DNA from: Oopsacas minuta
Taxonomy: Eukaryota > Animalia > Porifera
Length of the DNA stretch: 64,000 bases
NCBI GenBank assembly: GCA_024704765.1
Contig: JAKMXF010000310.1
Coordinates: 248,001 to 312,000 of the forward strand
Direction: 5' to 3'
Shown here: positions 1 to 13,434 of the stretch, one piece after another
Numbering within the stretch: the stretch's first letter is position 1
Layout of the letters: each line of letters starts with the position of its first letter
The notes under the pieces: model-generated
Databases searched by the model: none
Told to the model about the DNA's origin: nothing
What the model saw: the letters and a program-made list of their open reading frames with translations, nothing else
Position numbers and translations under genes: made by a program

Positions 1-37
1 TGAGTATTTATTGAATACTCCGGTATAATCAGTAATA

Positions 38-2912
38 TTAAATATGTGAAGTAAGATAGACAGAATGTTTGAACATACTTCTCTTAGCTGGCTTCTTTAG
101 AATAGATTTCAGAGGTTTGTTTGGAGATTTCTTAGGAGTTTTCTGAACAACATCAGTGCTTACTTGGATATACTGATTCAACTGAACCTGTAAAGTACAT
201 TATTATTATTAGATAGCTAATTAATAAAATACGAATACTAATTCGAGGATGTCCGTTTGTGAAATTCGCCTATTTATTAGCCAAAGTTTAATACAGTTAC
301 AAACCTTAGTTTTCTTCTCTGCATCATCAGGTATAGGACTGGGAGGTTGAGCAGATATCTTCTTAAGTATAAACATTCTATACAGATCCCTCCATCGCGC
401 AGCATATCTCTTCCTTGTACTCCTGAATAATAAGAAATAAATCATATCATGATTGAGTAAAGTACAGTATAGCTAATTGCTTCTGTTTGGGGAATTCGAA
501 AGGTGATTTTCTGGAGACGTAGTTTCACGAAAGTGATATTATATTACTTATTTGCAAACAGTGTAAACGAACTGAAGACTAGTGCCAAGAATATCCCACT
601 GCAACAACTCAAATTGTGCGTCAAATATGCTGTAATCACACCTTGTATTTGTTTGCAAATAAAGAATTTAAGCGATATAAGAGGGTTAGTAACCAGAGTT
701 TCCTTTAAGGGGGGGGCTCCCCCTTGCCAAAATGTCTGGATGGAAGACTAGTTAGCGATACAAATATCGATAATGTCCCTGTGTAAGTATCAACGAGAGC
801 TCATATATACAGTATTTAGATAAACAAACTTCAATTGATGCATAATCTGATCATCCCATTCAAGAGGAGGGTCATCAATAACAGAGGATAATCTAGTAGT
901 AGCACTGCAACACAGAGTAAGAGCAATAGCTATGTCATCTGTACAGGCAGACATGTTGAAATCTTCCTGAGCTTTCAAACACGTAGCACTATAGATAAAG
1001 TGTGTAATAGTTGTTCATAGCTACGAAGATGTGTAGGAACGTATAGATAAATCTCTACGTATAAACGACTTCAGTTATACAATAATTGTGCTAAAATTAA
1101 TTGAATCCAAATACCAACTACAGTAAATAGTTCTAAGCAACATTGGAACGAAGGATATTCCCCAACATATCAAATAAATAATTACGTTAACTTTTGGTAC
1201 TAGAACTATCATAATGTCAATTATGTAATTGACATCATAGAAATTAACTAACCTCGCTATTTCCCTTATTTCACGCGCCTCAATTGTCGAGTGATAGTTT
1301 TGATTTTGTATGTAGTTGTGCATTGAGGAACTTTTAGAATTTCTCATACCGTTTAGAGGTGGAGTAGTAGGAGCTAATTGAATATAAAAGTATTTCTATA
1401 GTAATATCGTGATAGCTGTGAATATTTATAATTGAGATTGATTCCGAATAATCATATGTTTGTTACTCGTACTTACATCTGTATTGTCAGATAGACAATA
1501 GGATATTGGTATTCAAAGGATACCGAGATTATTAGGAGGATGATAAAAGAAATGAGATAAGCTATACTACACTATACATAACAGGGTCTGTCTAGAATAT
1601 ACTCATTTGTTTACATGAATGATAAGTCTATGAGGTGCAGAATAACTAAATAGTAATTTGAGATTAATTACTAGTTCAGGAGCGACTGTAAATTATACTC
1701 TGTACATTATGTAATACAGTGAAACTGCCGTCATAGAACACCTCGCAATAGTGTACACTAATTTCCGGTACCAAATTTATCAGCACATCAAATAATATTA
1801 GGAAGAAACCTGTCTTTAATGAACACCTCTTATTAGTGATTACATGAATATAAGTAAAAACTGTATACCTGGTGTCTAGATTATGAAATCATAGTAAAAT
1901 GTGTTTTCAGTTACTTTAATACTTACAAGAGCGGACCTTCGAATTTTGTACTTCTTATTCAGAGTACGTATTAACCGGAGCAATGTCAATTGAATAACCA
2001 TTGTAGGGACTTGATTTTGTGTAAATATTTGTTCGTATTATACAGAAATTCATATTAACGAGGTTCTACTGTAACTCATTTGGCAGCAGCACTGATCGAA
2101 GGAAGACGAAAGGATGGCACCAGTGTGTCGAATCGAATATCTTATCTATATTATTAAAACTCAATTATTGTGGGGGATTGTGTTTGTTTCTTTGTTTGTT
2201 TGTCCACTTTGTATTATAATGGTAGGGGAAGATGATCTGCGTATATAATATAGGGAATAACACATCCTTCTGTTGACGATATAGGAAAGGTAAACTATTA
2301 CATTGGAGTAATCAAGTATGCTGATTTCGATTTTCACACTTTCGAATTAACCATATGTAAATTTATTTGTTGCTTTATGAATATAAAGAAAACATTTAGT
2401 TTAAGTTTCGAAATATACTTAGAGACCTGCTCTCAACAGACATATAGAGCTAATCAAGTACACTGAATTAAAATATTCGTAAAATATACCTAGAGACTTG
2501 CTCTTATCGGCTATAAATGAGTATCAAAGGATGCTGAATCCGAACTTCACACATTGAATTTCAATACATCAATATATAATATTAACTCACGTGGTGTCTG
2601 AGGTAACTGCATCCAGCCAGGAGGAAACTGACATTGAGGATTCATTGTGAACAGCTGAGAGCCATTAGTAGGGAATAGCTGCTTTGAGAAAGGAGACATA
2701 ATGTTCAGGAGAGGAAACCCGAAAGGAGACAGCTGAGCAGACAAGTATTGAGGATTGAATGATGAAAATATGTCCTGAGAATTTGGCAGGTGTGGTGGAG
2801 TAGTGGGATTAGACATAAATGGATAGTTAGAGTTATCAAGTGAGAGAGGCTGTGAGTGATTTTGAGGAATAAAGTGATTTGTTGGTACTGACTGGCACTT
2901 TTGTTGTGACAT
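38..2912 (-). CDS. 6-exon gene of unknown function (~322 aa): P/Q/S/N-rich N-terminus, helical middle region, Lys-rich tail
   Basis: Hand-spliced exons 2912-2591, 1373-1186, 1090-1059, 988-830, 422-305, 187-38. All introns are GT-AG, phases are compatible, and the total is 969 nt = 323 codons ending in TAA. No family recognised. Confidence 0.7.
1717..2071. mobile_element. pogo/Tc1-type MITE in intron 1 of the orphan gene
   Basis: TA|CAGTGAAAC... at the left, ...GAGGTTCTACTG|TA at the right; same end motif as other copies in the window. Confidence 0.55.
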
Positions 2913-4374
2913 TAATTATCTTTATTGTCTGAATTATTCTAATACTTTTTATAAGATACAAATCAAAACTATATATACACAAATATTTGAGAATGAGAAG
3001 TGAATCACTATTATATTTGCACACAACGTAAAGTAATGAATACAAATGCATAGTAGAGAAGCCATGGACGAATATAAATGAAAATTCCAAAAGGATTCCT
3101 ATAGATAAATTCAGTTATTGTTAGTACAAATTTATAGTAGCTCATTCGATGCATATTATAGCGCTTCAATCTCGGAAATTGGCCAAGTCATTGGGTTTAA
3201 GACACATATATTTGAGGTTAATTAGAGATTGGAAAGTGTATAATGATATCATCATATATTGAGTTGTAAACAATTGTTGTCTGAAAGTGACTAATGGTGA
3301 CGAGTTGAATTCCTTTGGATAATTATCTGCCAAATCATATTCAATTGTGAGTGACGACAGAGTTCTTCTCACACAGAGAAGTGATATTAATCACACATTG
3401 TGGTCAAGGTATTGCATTCTTTCTACGAAAGAGCGGAGTGGAAATATTGAAGAGAATTATAACATTTCCTGATACTTGATTCTAATAACAGATACTCTCG
3501 TATACTACGGTTAATAGGGTCACATTGGGACCAGGTCATTTTGACCCCATTAAGCCGAATTAACCATAGTATTTTAACTAACTAACCCGATTAACTCTGG
3601 CTCTACTTATAAGCGGAGTCTATTGTGTTTGCTCTGACAAAAGATCGAAATAACGAAGAATTTACACGAGAATATTCGTCGTTGTTCCAGGCCTTTGAGG
3701 TACTACTGGCTTGTTGTTAAGGGATTTACCCTGGGTTAGTGACCATATATGCTTCGATGTTGTTTAAGGTCATTTGAGGAGCTCCTGCGTTGGTTGGATG
3801 TTATTCTATAAACTGGAATGAGATGTGTAAATAAAAGTAAGCATGAAATTAGATCAGCTGTTGTATGGGCAGTATGGCTAATAAAATGGTTGGTTTGTAT
3901 GATTGTAGAGAATACAATCAGCAATCGCATGGGTGAATGGTACTGAATGCTGAAACGTTTGCGTTTTCCAAGTGAAATAATGCATGCCTGTGGTTGGGGG
4001 CTGTTTACACAATCGCTGGGGCTCTAGGAACACCAGTTGTGGGACTAAGGCCTAGCTACTCGAATAATCACCCTTCCAATTTCAATAACATTACTATAAT
4101 TGACTTTCTCCCTAATCTCTGGAATGCTTTGATTCCTTTTCGTCAAAAGTTAGTGTACTCACTCATATCCAGTCAACTCCAGTTATATTGAAGCTCAAGC
4201 GTTGGCGAAAATACTTCGATATGACTGCGGTGTGCGATATAACCGTGTTTTATCAAAAGAAAAGTAGACATTACCTATGTTTAACATTCGAAAGCCTAAA
4301 GTATGAATGCACTAATGTTTGCGGCTCTTTTTACCAATTTTGATAAATATTGAATAGGTTCTGCAATTCTGTGA

Positions 4375-4628
4375 CAGAGATGGACTGGTCAGGGTTTTGG
4401 GTGAAATCTTGAGCTGCCGGTTAAACTATGACTATTTTGCTAGACTTTGAACCTCGAAATAACTCAAATAATACTTATAACTTGTGTAAGTAGATCTATT
4501 TTTCATTATTGAAGGAATTCTACTACGTATATTATGATGAATAAGATTTAAGCGCATTCTTATCAACACACATGATCCAACGATCGTTCGGGTCGGGTCA
4601 TAAAAATTGCTGACCGGTACCACCTCTG
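4375..4628. mobile_element. hAT-type MITE (same family as 51613-51968)
   Basis: Ends CAGAGATGGACTGGTC / GACCGGTACCACCTCTG; flanks TTCTGTGA / TTTTGTGG (6/8, decayed TSD); GGTCGGGTC subterminal motif. Confidence 0.65.
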
Positions 4629-4822
4629 TTTTGTGGATCATAAGCTTTGGAATGTGTATGTGATACAAAAAGAACAAAAATCAACTAGAAAGATGGTATC
4701 TATGTTAAATCAGCTTTTGGGTAAAATGCGATCAAGTAAAATATTAAATAGAAAAACAGAAACTAGTACTATGTATAGAGATAGTTCTATTTATAAATAA
4801 TAATTAATAAGTGTTTTGTTAA

Positions 4823-7402
4823 TTAACTAATAAAATGTATTTCACCACCAGACAATAGCATTATGTGTTCATTTGTCTCATCAGAGAATGCTCTTATCAT
4901 AGTATTCGTAAGTATTTTACCATCAATATTTGTACATTTTGGAAGAGAATTTAGATACACTGAATCTTGATTCAAATTGATATGTTGATAATATTGCTTA
5001 AAATCCATTGGTCTTCTATATTCCTCATCAGCTTGCATCTGGTTAAGTTTGTAACTATGAACAGAGCCATTACATACATCCAGGACATAGATTCTGTCAT
5101 TAAATGTAGTTATACAGCAGGAAAGAGACAAGATTTGAGATATTCTATATGATCCTGTATATTGCAAGTTGTTAATGTTGCATACTTGTAAGTAATATTG
5201 AGTTTTGTTAGAAGTAGACGAATCTTGTTCAAAGGAATGACAATAAAAACCGCGGTTAAAATCACCTTTAGTTCTCGTTTCATTATATTTCGCACCTATT
5301 TTTGCAGTAGCTGTATGTAGAATTAATAACAGATTTGAATTTGTAGTAGATCTCACAATATCTACAAAACAAACGTTTCCAAGATTCCCGCTTGAAGTGA
5401 GGTTAATTATATTTTCTTTAACTCCAGTTTGAGTATTTACTTTATTGATATTAGGAGAGTCAATACACGCTATGTACACAGAATTATTCCCATAAAATGT
5501 GTATATTTTGGGATTCAGAATGGTGCCAATTTTGTTCAAATCTAGTTGCCTGAGAATTTCCCCTTTTTCAGAATACACATAGAGAATATTGCCAGACATA
5601 ATAACGACAGAATTATACAAGAGAGCAATAGAAGAGTTTGTTTGGAATGCAGCTGGGATAGTTACTTTAATAACTTGCTGTTTTGTCAAGACATTATGAA
5701 TTTGTTTGTAAGTTTTCCAGTGAGAATAAAACAATGCATAATATACCTTAGTAGTAGAATTGTATGTAACATCAGATGGTATGAGCATCTGGCTTGAAGT
5801 CACTTTGTAACTCTTATGCTTTTCAGGAATAAACGGATTATCAACTGTATGTACAGTCAAGAATTTATTCAAAGTTTTCTGTATATCCTGTTCAGTTTGT
5901 TGATTAACATTAACAGAAAATGAATCTGAAGGGGTACAGAAATCATGTACAAACAAAGAATTATCCTCTAGCTTATCACAAGGCCTATCACTGATATCAG
6001 TTACATAAGAGTACTTACTCAGCATGCCTACATAACCTGTATATGTAATCATTTGTTCCAATTGCTGAATACTATCTTCTAATGGAGTAATCAGTGTCTG
6101 ATAATTGTGAGACAATTCTCCTAAGAGATCTTCTTTTCTAGTCTCCAGCTGTTTGCACATCTGTTGAAAGAATGTGAGCACCTGTGTAGTCTGTTCATTC
6201 CATTTAATTTCTAGATTGGATTTCCTATCTTCCAGCTGACTGATACGAGACTTAGCTTCCAAGATGCACTCTTCTTGCAACTTATTTGTTGATGACGTAA
6301 TAGGAATATCTTTGTCCTCAGAATCAGGATGATCTTCTTTCGTTCCAATGCTAGAATCTGTGGAATATATATAATTTAATAAAAACACCCATTACACCCC
6401 GCACCTCATAAATAATGGAGTCTAAGGAATAAGTCATGGTCAGTGGCAACTAGGATCGACCGGGCCCGGGTCGATCTCTTGTTCATCAAGTACAAACTAA
6501 GAGCTGTTGGATTTGGCTCATTCAAATTACTTCAACCACCTCCTGACGTAGTTCTTCCTAATCAACATGTCGAGGAAATTGATGATGATAGTGAAGATTT
6601 GATATAAGCAAGATTTAGATAGATTATAAAGATACGTATATATTTTGATTTAGTATCTCGCATTTAAATTTCTTAGTTCCAAACCTATGATGTTTGCTTT
6701 TGAAATAACTCTACCATAAATTTCATTAAACACCCGACTGACCAAGGGTCGGATTCTCAACTTTTTGGCAGGGGCTCCCGTCGATCCCTAGTGGCAACTC
6801 AATTCATTTGCAGGCAAATATTCGGAAATTTTAGAAATAATATATGTATTTAAATAATGATTGTCCTATAATATCAAACTACCTCTTGTATAATTTTGTA
6901 TACTTGTTAGAATATCCTGTACAGAAGACTCCTGCAGTGTGTGTAGCTGTAGTATGAGATGTCCCATGTTATACTTCTCATGACTCTTCAAATCAATCTT
7001 ACAAATAGTAGCATTACATTCTACACAAAAAGCTACAGCTGCTTCACTTGTGTCTCCAGACACACAGTCAGTACATCTGAGATTATCTGTAGTCTTCAGT
7101 TGTTTGAGCTTATTGATTAGTTCTGGTAATGGATTGCTCTGTAGCTCTAAGCTATCATTATCATAACTGGGACAGAGTGTACACTGTATTGACTCAGTTT
7201 CTTCTTGTTCTACCTTCTCATCAATACAGGTCTTACAGAATGAGTGTAGACAGGATAGGAATGTCGCTCTTTTGACAGATTGCTGACAAAAATGACAAGT
7301 GAATGTCACATCATTGAAGTGTTGTTGCCTCTTACTAAAATCTACATTATCAGTATCATATTGAGGCTCAGTTGGCGGAAAGTCAACTATTCTTGTAGCC
7401 AT
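4823..7402 (-). CDS. TRIM/RBCC E3 ubiquitin ligase (RING, B-box, coiled coil, probable beta-propeller-like C-terminus), 2 exons, ~684 aa
   Basis: Exons 7402-6883 and 6357-4823; 525-nt phase-1 intron (AG|GTAGTT...CCACAG|AT); 2055 nt total. RING: CHFC...CLHSFCKTC...CTLC. B-box: CTDC...FCVECNATIC...H...H. Coiled coil: EAKSRISQLEDRK. Confidence 0.85.
6441..6800. mobile_element. decayed hAT-like MITE in the TRIM intron
   Basis: Left CAGTGGCAACTAGGATCGAC versus right GTCGATCCCTAGTGGCAACTC (imperfect inverted repeat); no TSD recovered. Confidence 0.4.
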
Positions 7403-7637
7403 CTTGTTAATACTAATTATGTGAAATTTCTCAAATTAATAATTACTTAACAACATTCTAAAAGAGCGAGAGAGTGATATTACTCGTCTCGCTCAGAAAA
7501 TTTCAACCGATCTATCGAGGGAAGCAAATATCGGTATGTTGGTAACTGTAAGGAACTCTGTATTATTGAACCTATCTACTCAAAGATTAGGACATGAATA
7601 CCTTATCAATGTACTAAGGACATTCCAATAACAACTA

Positions 7638-7819
7638 CAGTGAAACTTCGTTAATACGAACATATTTAATACGAATTTCTGGTTAAGACGAACACAATTT
7701 TACACAATTTTAGTCCATACAATGGATATTCAATTGTTTTTACTCCGTTAATACGTACTCCAGATAAGGAGTACAAATCTCGACGGTCCCTTGGTGTACG
7801 TATTAACGAGGTTCTACTG
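7638..7819. mobile_element. pogo/Tc1-type MITE
   Basis: TIRs CAGTGAAACTTCGTTAATACGAAC / rc CAGTAGAACCTCGTTAATACGTAC, flanked by TA on both sides. Confidence 0.8.
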
Positions 7820-8068
7820 TATCCTCATGGTAAGACTGCAATAAAGCACGAATGTACACCTCTACATGATTACTTAATCAAATTGATTAAAAAATACTAA
7901 ATCAAATTTCATAGTTTATTAATGCAATTCTTAGCTCTTGGATAAAGAAGCACTAAACAGGTAATATACATATTAAAGCATATTAAAGAGCAGCTTCGAA
8001 TATATTCGGTTAAATAACCAATATTAATTTTCTCATACCCAACACTTTCAAAAAAAATATTCGTTGGA

Positions 8069-11000
8069 TTATTTAATGTTTAAAGTGGTAGAAGGATGTT
8101 TGTTATCTGAACCTTGAAATAGTTCATTATATACATCTTCTGGATCAATAGCAGGGATAAATGTAAAGTCAATCAGATCATCCTCTTGTTTCATTTTCTT
8201 ATCTTCTTTTGGAATTATGGGAGATGTCGGCGCCTTTCTATTTCTCTCTACTTTGTTATCAATATCTAAGAGGAGATTAGGAGCAAATATAGCGTCAGCT
8301 CTATCAATGTGAGTAGCATCAAACTCAGAAAGACAGCTGGAAGAAACACGTACATAGTCTAGCAGTAGATCCTCATGGTTAGCATTATTTGTATTAGCAT
8401 TTGTAGGAGGTTGAGGTAATGTGAAGATAGCAGGAACTTCTTGTTTCTTCTCCATTTTAACTAGAACCACAGGGTTGTTCTTGTTTGGAGTTTGAGATGT
8501 TTTTCTTGATTCAGCTGCTTTTTGTTTGTTGTAATTAGGTGGGTAGAAAATAGTGCGATTATCTTTATCATATTGTTTAGGAGCTGGAGGAGAGGGGGGC
8601 GGAGGGGCGGAGGGAACAACAGGTGGTAACTGAGGAGATGATGTCACTTGCGTACTACTTGTTGGTACTGTCGCATGCATTTGTATAGATGTGTTATTGA
8701 TGATATGTTGAGGGATTAGAGGAACCTGTGAATACACACCACGGATATTTGAGGATGTAGGAAGGTTAGCTGGTGATATGGTAGTATTAGCATCATTGGG
8801 TATAGAAAGATTGGATATGTAATGAGCTATGTTAGGTTTTGGAGGTATCTGAGGGAGAGGTTTCCTCTTACCCTCCTCTTTCCAGATGTCTACGTCACGT
8901 GTGGAGTACACAAGAAGCTCGGGTTGATACCTGAGAATACAGGTGAAATGAATAATGGCGTATTATCAAAAGATAAGATTAGAATCAGGGTTAAACGGGC
9001 TCGAACTGAATATGAGTATCCATGAATAGCAGCGGTATCGAATATTGCATACTGACAATATTAGGTTCCATTAACCCTATGCCAACTCGGTTAGTATGTA
9101 TCGTGAATATATGTACTAATTTTCGTTTCCCGAGGGTTACATCTTATCAGAGTACTATTGTACTGACTGAATACTGATATTCGGTTTCAGGTTGGTAAGC
9201 GAATTTCAACTATTTGGTTGCAACCATGATTCTAATTGGATCTCTATTCTGCTGTCTAATTTTTTATTGTAGCTAGAGAAGTCATATTATGCATTACTAA
9301 TTAATGTGGATTAGAAATAATTATATACTTTGCCCTTTTGATCAGTTGAATGACATCATCCCAATTATTTCCCACTTCTCTGAAGCTAGCATCATCACAG
9401 AATATCCACTTAGATAAGTTAGTGTTGTATACAAAAGCTGAGAAGTGATGTCCGTAGTAATTAATAATTCCTAAGAGAAAATACTCCTTATTCCCAGCTG
9501 TTTCATCCAGACTCACACTGAACATCTAAAATATATAACTGAAACCGAATCATGAATATTAGCAAAGCATGGATCATAGAGAATTAACTAAAACGTAAAA
9601 CGGATATAACGAAATGCCGGATTATTCGAATCTGTTCACAATTAAATTACACTAGCTTATATCTAAGTAAATATCATAGCCCCTAGCCTTGAATCCATGA
9701 TAATTACTGATCTTTAATCGGAGCAATATAACAGGAGTTGACTGTACTTCACTCACCTGTTTAATGTTAATACAGTGTCCTACAGACTTGAGAACATCTA
9801 CCACTCTCTCTTTAGTAGAAATCTCAGATGACCATGACAGAGATAGGTTGATTGTGTAAGGAGATCTGAGAAGCATAGTCTCTACCTTAGCTGATTTCTT
9901 ACAATCTGACTATAGGAAATAATTATCAGACAATTATTTTAAGTATAATAGACATAGTATCATAGAACTATTCTTACACTATCAGGACATTTGTGTTGTT
10001 TATCAGTTGTAAGACACTCTTTGAGTACTTTACCAAACGCATTACCATCTCTCAGTATTTCTTTATGTGAAGTATGCGATTTCTTCATAACCTTACTATG
10101 TATTAAGTTATATAATAATACAAATGTAGAATATCTTCAAAATTATACTCACAGTAGATTATCAGCTGATATATAGAACAGAATATCTTCAGATGGGAAC
10201 GGTTCACTAGTAGCTCCACACTCACACACATCCTAACAATAGCAATACAGATAATAGATTGTACGTATGTGCGTGTGTGTGTATTGTTATAACTGACTAT
10301 CTGACAGGATGAATAAGAGAATATTTTGTGGGGAAGACACTTAGCATGAGTACAGGTTGTAGCCCAATCTGTTCCTGTTATTTGTGTATGAAGTTGTCTC
10401 AGTACTGCTTCCTAATACAAGATATAAGATGATAATTATTAATTAATCAAATTAATACAGTGAATAGCGGTGCAGCAGGACAGATGTTAAATGTTAATGG
10501 ATTAGCGTGAATGGGTACCCCTGTGGAATAGATGCCAGCGTTTTTACAACGCTACATTGGTATAGCTTGGCTTTTCACCAGGATATTCTAACAATCGTTA
10601 TTTTCTAATGAATTAATTACTACTAGCGCGCATCGCTTGCTAGGTCACTACACGACAGCTTAGTGTCTCAGGTTAGCTTAAGTATTTAACAGGTAATTTT
10701 CTTAGTACTTTTGGCCTCTACGCGGCAATATATACTCGACACTTCGTACCTCGAATGTATGAAATAACAGAAACGTTTTATCAAACTACAGTAGAATACG
10801 GTTAATATATAAGGGGGCGAGAGAGTATTACTTCGCCCCCTATCACCCCCTCACCCCAAATATTTTGTCTAGCCCTGGAGCGTCGCCACTGGGGGGGGCA
10901 TAGGGGGCAATGCTCCCATGGTAAAAATCCTTGCCGCGGAGCAATGCCCTCCGGTAAACGCCCAATTTTCCAAGCAGGATAATCACACAAGACATAGAAT

Positions 11001-12640
11001 GATAGTAAAATTGTGCCATCATGTTAATTAATACGCTGAAACATTTAGCCTAATTGCAAACTGTAAAATTTCTGCTTGCTTCGCTCGCATTAGTTACATT
11101 TCTACTTTCACTGACTGTCACGACTTCGAACAACTTTGGCCTGAGCGTGAGTAAGTCAGGTAATGTGAGTTCTACTGTACTAAATGATTACTTACGTAAC
11201 ATTCTACAGCATAATCCATCTTAGATAACTGGAATCTACCTGTATCCTAAGGGAGAGATTAGTTAAATATAACAGAGCAGAGGTAGATATACAACAAACC
11301 GACAGGTTAGCTAATATTGATAATCAGTAAACAGTCAAACTATACAGAAAATACTGATGTCTAAACCTAATTTTGCTTTCTAAGCTACCAATTTCAAAGT
11401 ATATGCACTGTGTTCTTAAGTATCGGAGAACCAATCTTAGTTAAAGAATATAACTAAACTTGAAACGTATTTGACGTATTAAACAACATGAAAATACTAA
11501 ATGAATCTAACATAGAGATGTAGGAGTTTGAATGAACAGACGGGTGTGGCCCTAGATCGAGCAGGACCACTACTTCTCTGAAAGAAAATACTTAACCAAC
11601 TTACCTTGTAACACTTAGCCATAGCCTTCCTGACAAAGTTTGGTGGTAAAGTTATCGATTCTGAATATTGAAAATTAACAAATAACTCCTAGACAATGAA
11701 ATTGTAACATGAATAGCAATTAGCGTACATAGAATTATACTAAATTCGATAACCTATGTATAGTAACTAGCTGTCACGCAAATATTGAGGAAGGCGATAA
11801 ATCTAACAGCTTAGAGGCATCTAAGGCGATTTAGGTGGGCAAATGCCCATCCATATTTCACTCCATCATTTTACAAAAGTATAGGCCGTGTGGGCATGAC
11901 GTATCTTTGCCCACCCTGACTCATGATCCTGCTTGCGACAATGCATCACAGTTATGAGAGATGGGGGATGACTAATATGAATTCACTATTCAGTCATTTA
12001 ACAAATTTTATCCCATAAAAAATACGTTTACTGCCAATAATGGAATATTCCGTTTACAATCACTAATAATAATAATATACCTTGAGTGTGCAGAATACAC
12101 ATTCTTGCTCATAACACACATGTTCCTGTAGCTGTCCGAAATGACTCCTGAATATGTTCAGATGCCAGAGAACCTATAGAGAGGAAGGGAGTCAGTCAAC
12201 TCGTGCATATTTTGATCACTAATCGTCTTTAATTTTGGTCAACTCGTACCAATTTTTCGGTCAACTCGCCCCTATAATTGTTTTTCAACTTGTACCTATT
12301 CTACTCCGCTCGATGTTGTCTTAGAGTATTTCTTATTGCTTGTGGACCCAGATTTTTTCTTGTACTAGTTATACACGAACCTCCAGCTGCTGATCAGAGA
12401 ATTTTAGTTCCCTCGATGTTGAGTTGACTAGGGACGAGTTGATTTAGATGCTAGTTGAAATAGCTACGAGTTGACTGGCAATCGAGAGGAAGAATAGAAA
12501 CTCATTAATACGATACAATACGACATGTAATTATTCAAAAACAGATATCTTACTTGAATGACAGAATTAATAAAGCAGTTATTCTCTCCACTAAAGTTTG
12601 AGAGTCCGTGAGTAGTAGCTTCGTTGTCAGCTACAGCCAT
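8069..12640 (-). CDS. USP53: USP53/USP54 (Echinus)-family ubiquitin-specific protease, 10 exons, ~612 aa
   Basis: Exons 12640-12554, 12173-12081, 11688-11605, 11246-11196, 10411-10298, 10232-10153, 10095-9978, 9909-9757, 9525-9329, 8930-8069; 1839 nt, phases consistent. Motifs GLSNFSGENNCFINSVIQVLW, FQLSKMDYAVECY, YYGHHFSAF, WIFCDDA and KYQPELLVY match the USP53/54 family. Pro-rich tail. USP53 versus USP54 orthology is not resolvable. Confidence 0.9.
10789..11177. mobile_element. pogo-type element with a nested GC-rich hAT-like MITE remnant, in a USP53/54 intron
   Basis: TA|CAGTAGAA... and ...TTCTACTG|TA ends; internal GGAGCGTCGCCACTGGGGGGGG block at about 10877. Confidence 0.5.
12188..12483. 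mobile_element. MULE-type MITE with 9-bp TSD
   Basis: GAGAGGAAG is duplicated at 12179-12187 and 12484-12492; inverted subterminal GTCAACTCGT repeats at both ends. Confidence 0.75.
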
Positions 12641-12789
12641 ACAGTGTATTGCTGAGAATTTTCTTCACAGATCTAATTATGTTAATAAGTAAAATTAATG
12701 ACTACATAAGTTATCTACAGATGTTCTAAGGAATATTTGATAGAAATGCACTCTAATTTTCTGCAATTACATTCATCTGATATTCAGAT

Positions 12790-12920
12790 CAGGGGCGCCG
12801 AAATCACTCACAACTTGAACGATCCAGGGGGCTTACACATGTATATTGTATTAGCTCAATGGGGCTATAACCAAACGAGGGGGCTCGAGCCCCCTAGCCC
12901 CCCCGGGTTCGGCGCCTCTG
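12790..12920. mobile_element. hAT MITE (131 bp)
   Basis: TIR CAGGGGCGCCGAA / TTCGGCGCCTCTG; perfect 8-bp TSD ATTCAGAT. Confidence 0.9.
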
Positions 12921-13434
12921 ATTCAGATACTATACGATTATTTTTCATCGCGTAAATGCGGGCAGCTCGAGAAGCGAAGCGGCTCGTATATATTACAGTT
13001 GGCGGAAAGATAGTTACAGGGAACATTGGTTGTCACTCATGAAGAGCTTTACGCGGGAAATGTCATTCGCGAGATAAATTTATGAGTTTTCTCGGATTAG
13101 TTTTGAGTGCCACATTCACCCTACAACAATCCTTTCCAATCCTTTCCAACTCTTTTCACGTCGTTACGACAATCATGTATCATAATTAGATCTAATAATT
13201 AATGCATTATTGCGGATTACCCATCCTAACAGATTTACAATTCTTTTCATGCACATTAGAGGATCATAATAATTAACTTTGTTGTAGTAATACAATACAT
13301 CTAAGGAATAATATAATAACTATTGGGTGCTATATCATCTAGATAACTGGAAATAGGTCTAATTATTAATGAATGATCTACTTCCAGTATTTAAGAGAGT
13401 TAAATTACAAATAAATAGACTTTATATATCTATC

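Noticed and set aside
3000-4300. Minus-strand stop-poor stretches (ORFs 3166-3372 and 3736-3930) as a gene
   Set aside because: I could not build a phase-consistent exon chain or recognise a family; left uncalled.
9071-9140. piggyBac-like TTAA|CCCT...AGGG|TTAC
   Set aside because: Only 4 bp of terminal match and an imperfect TTAA.
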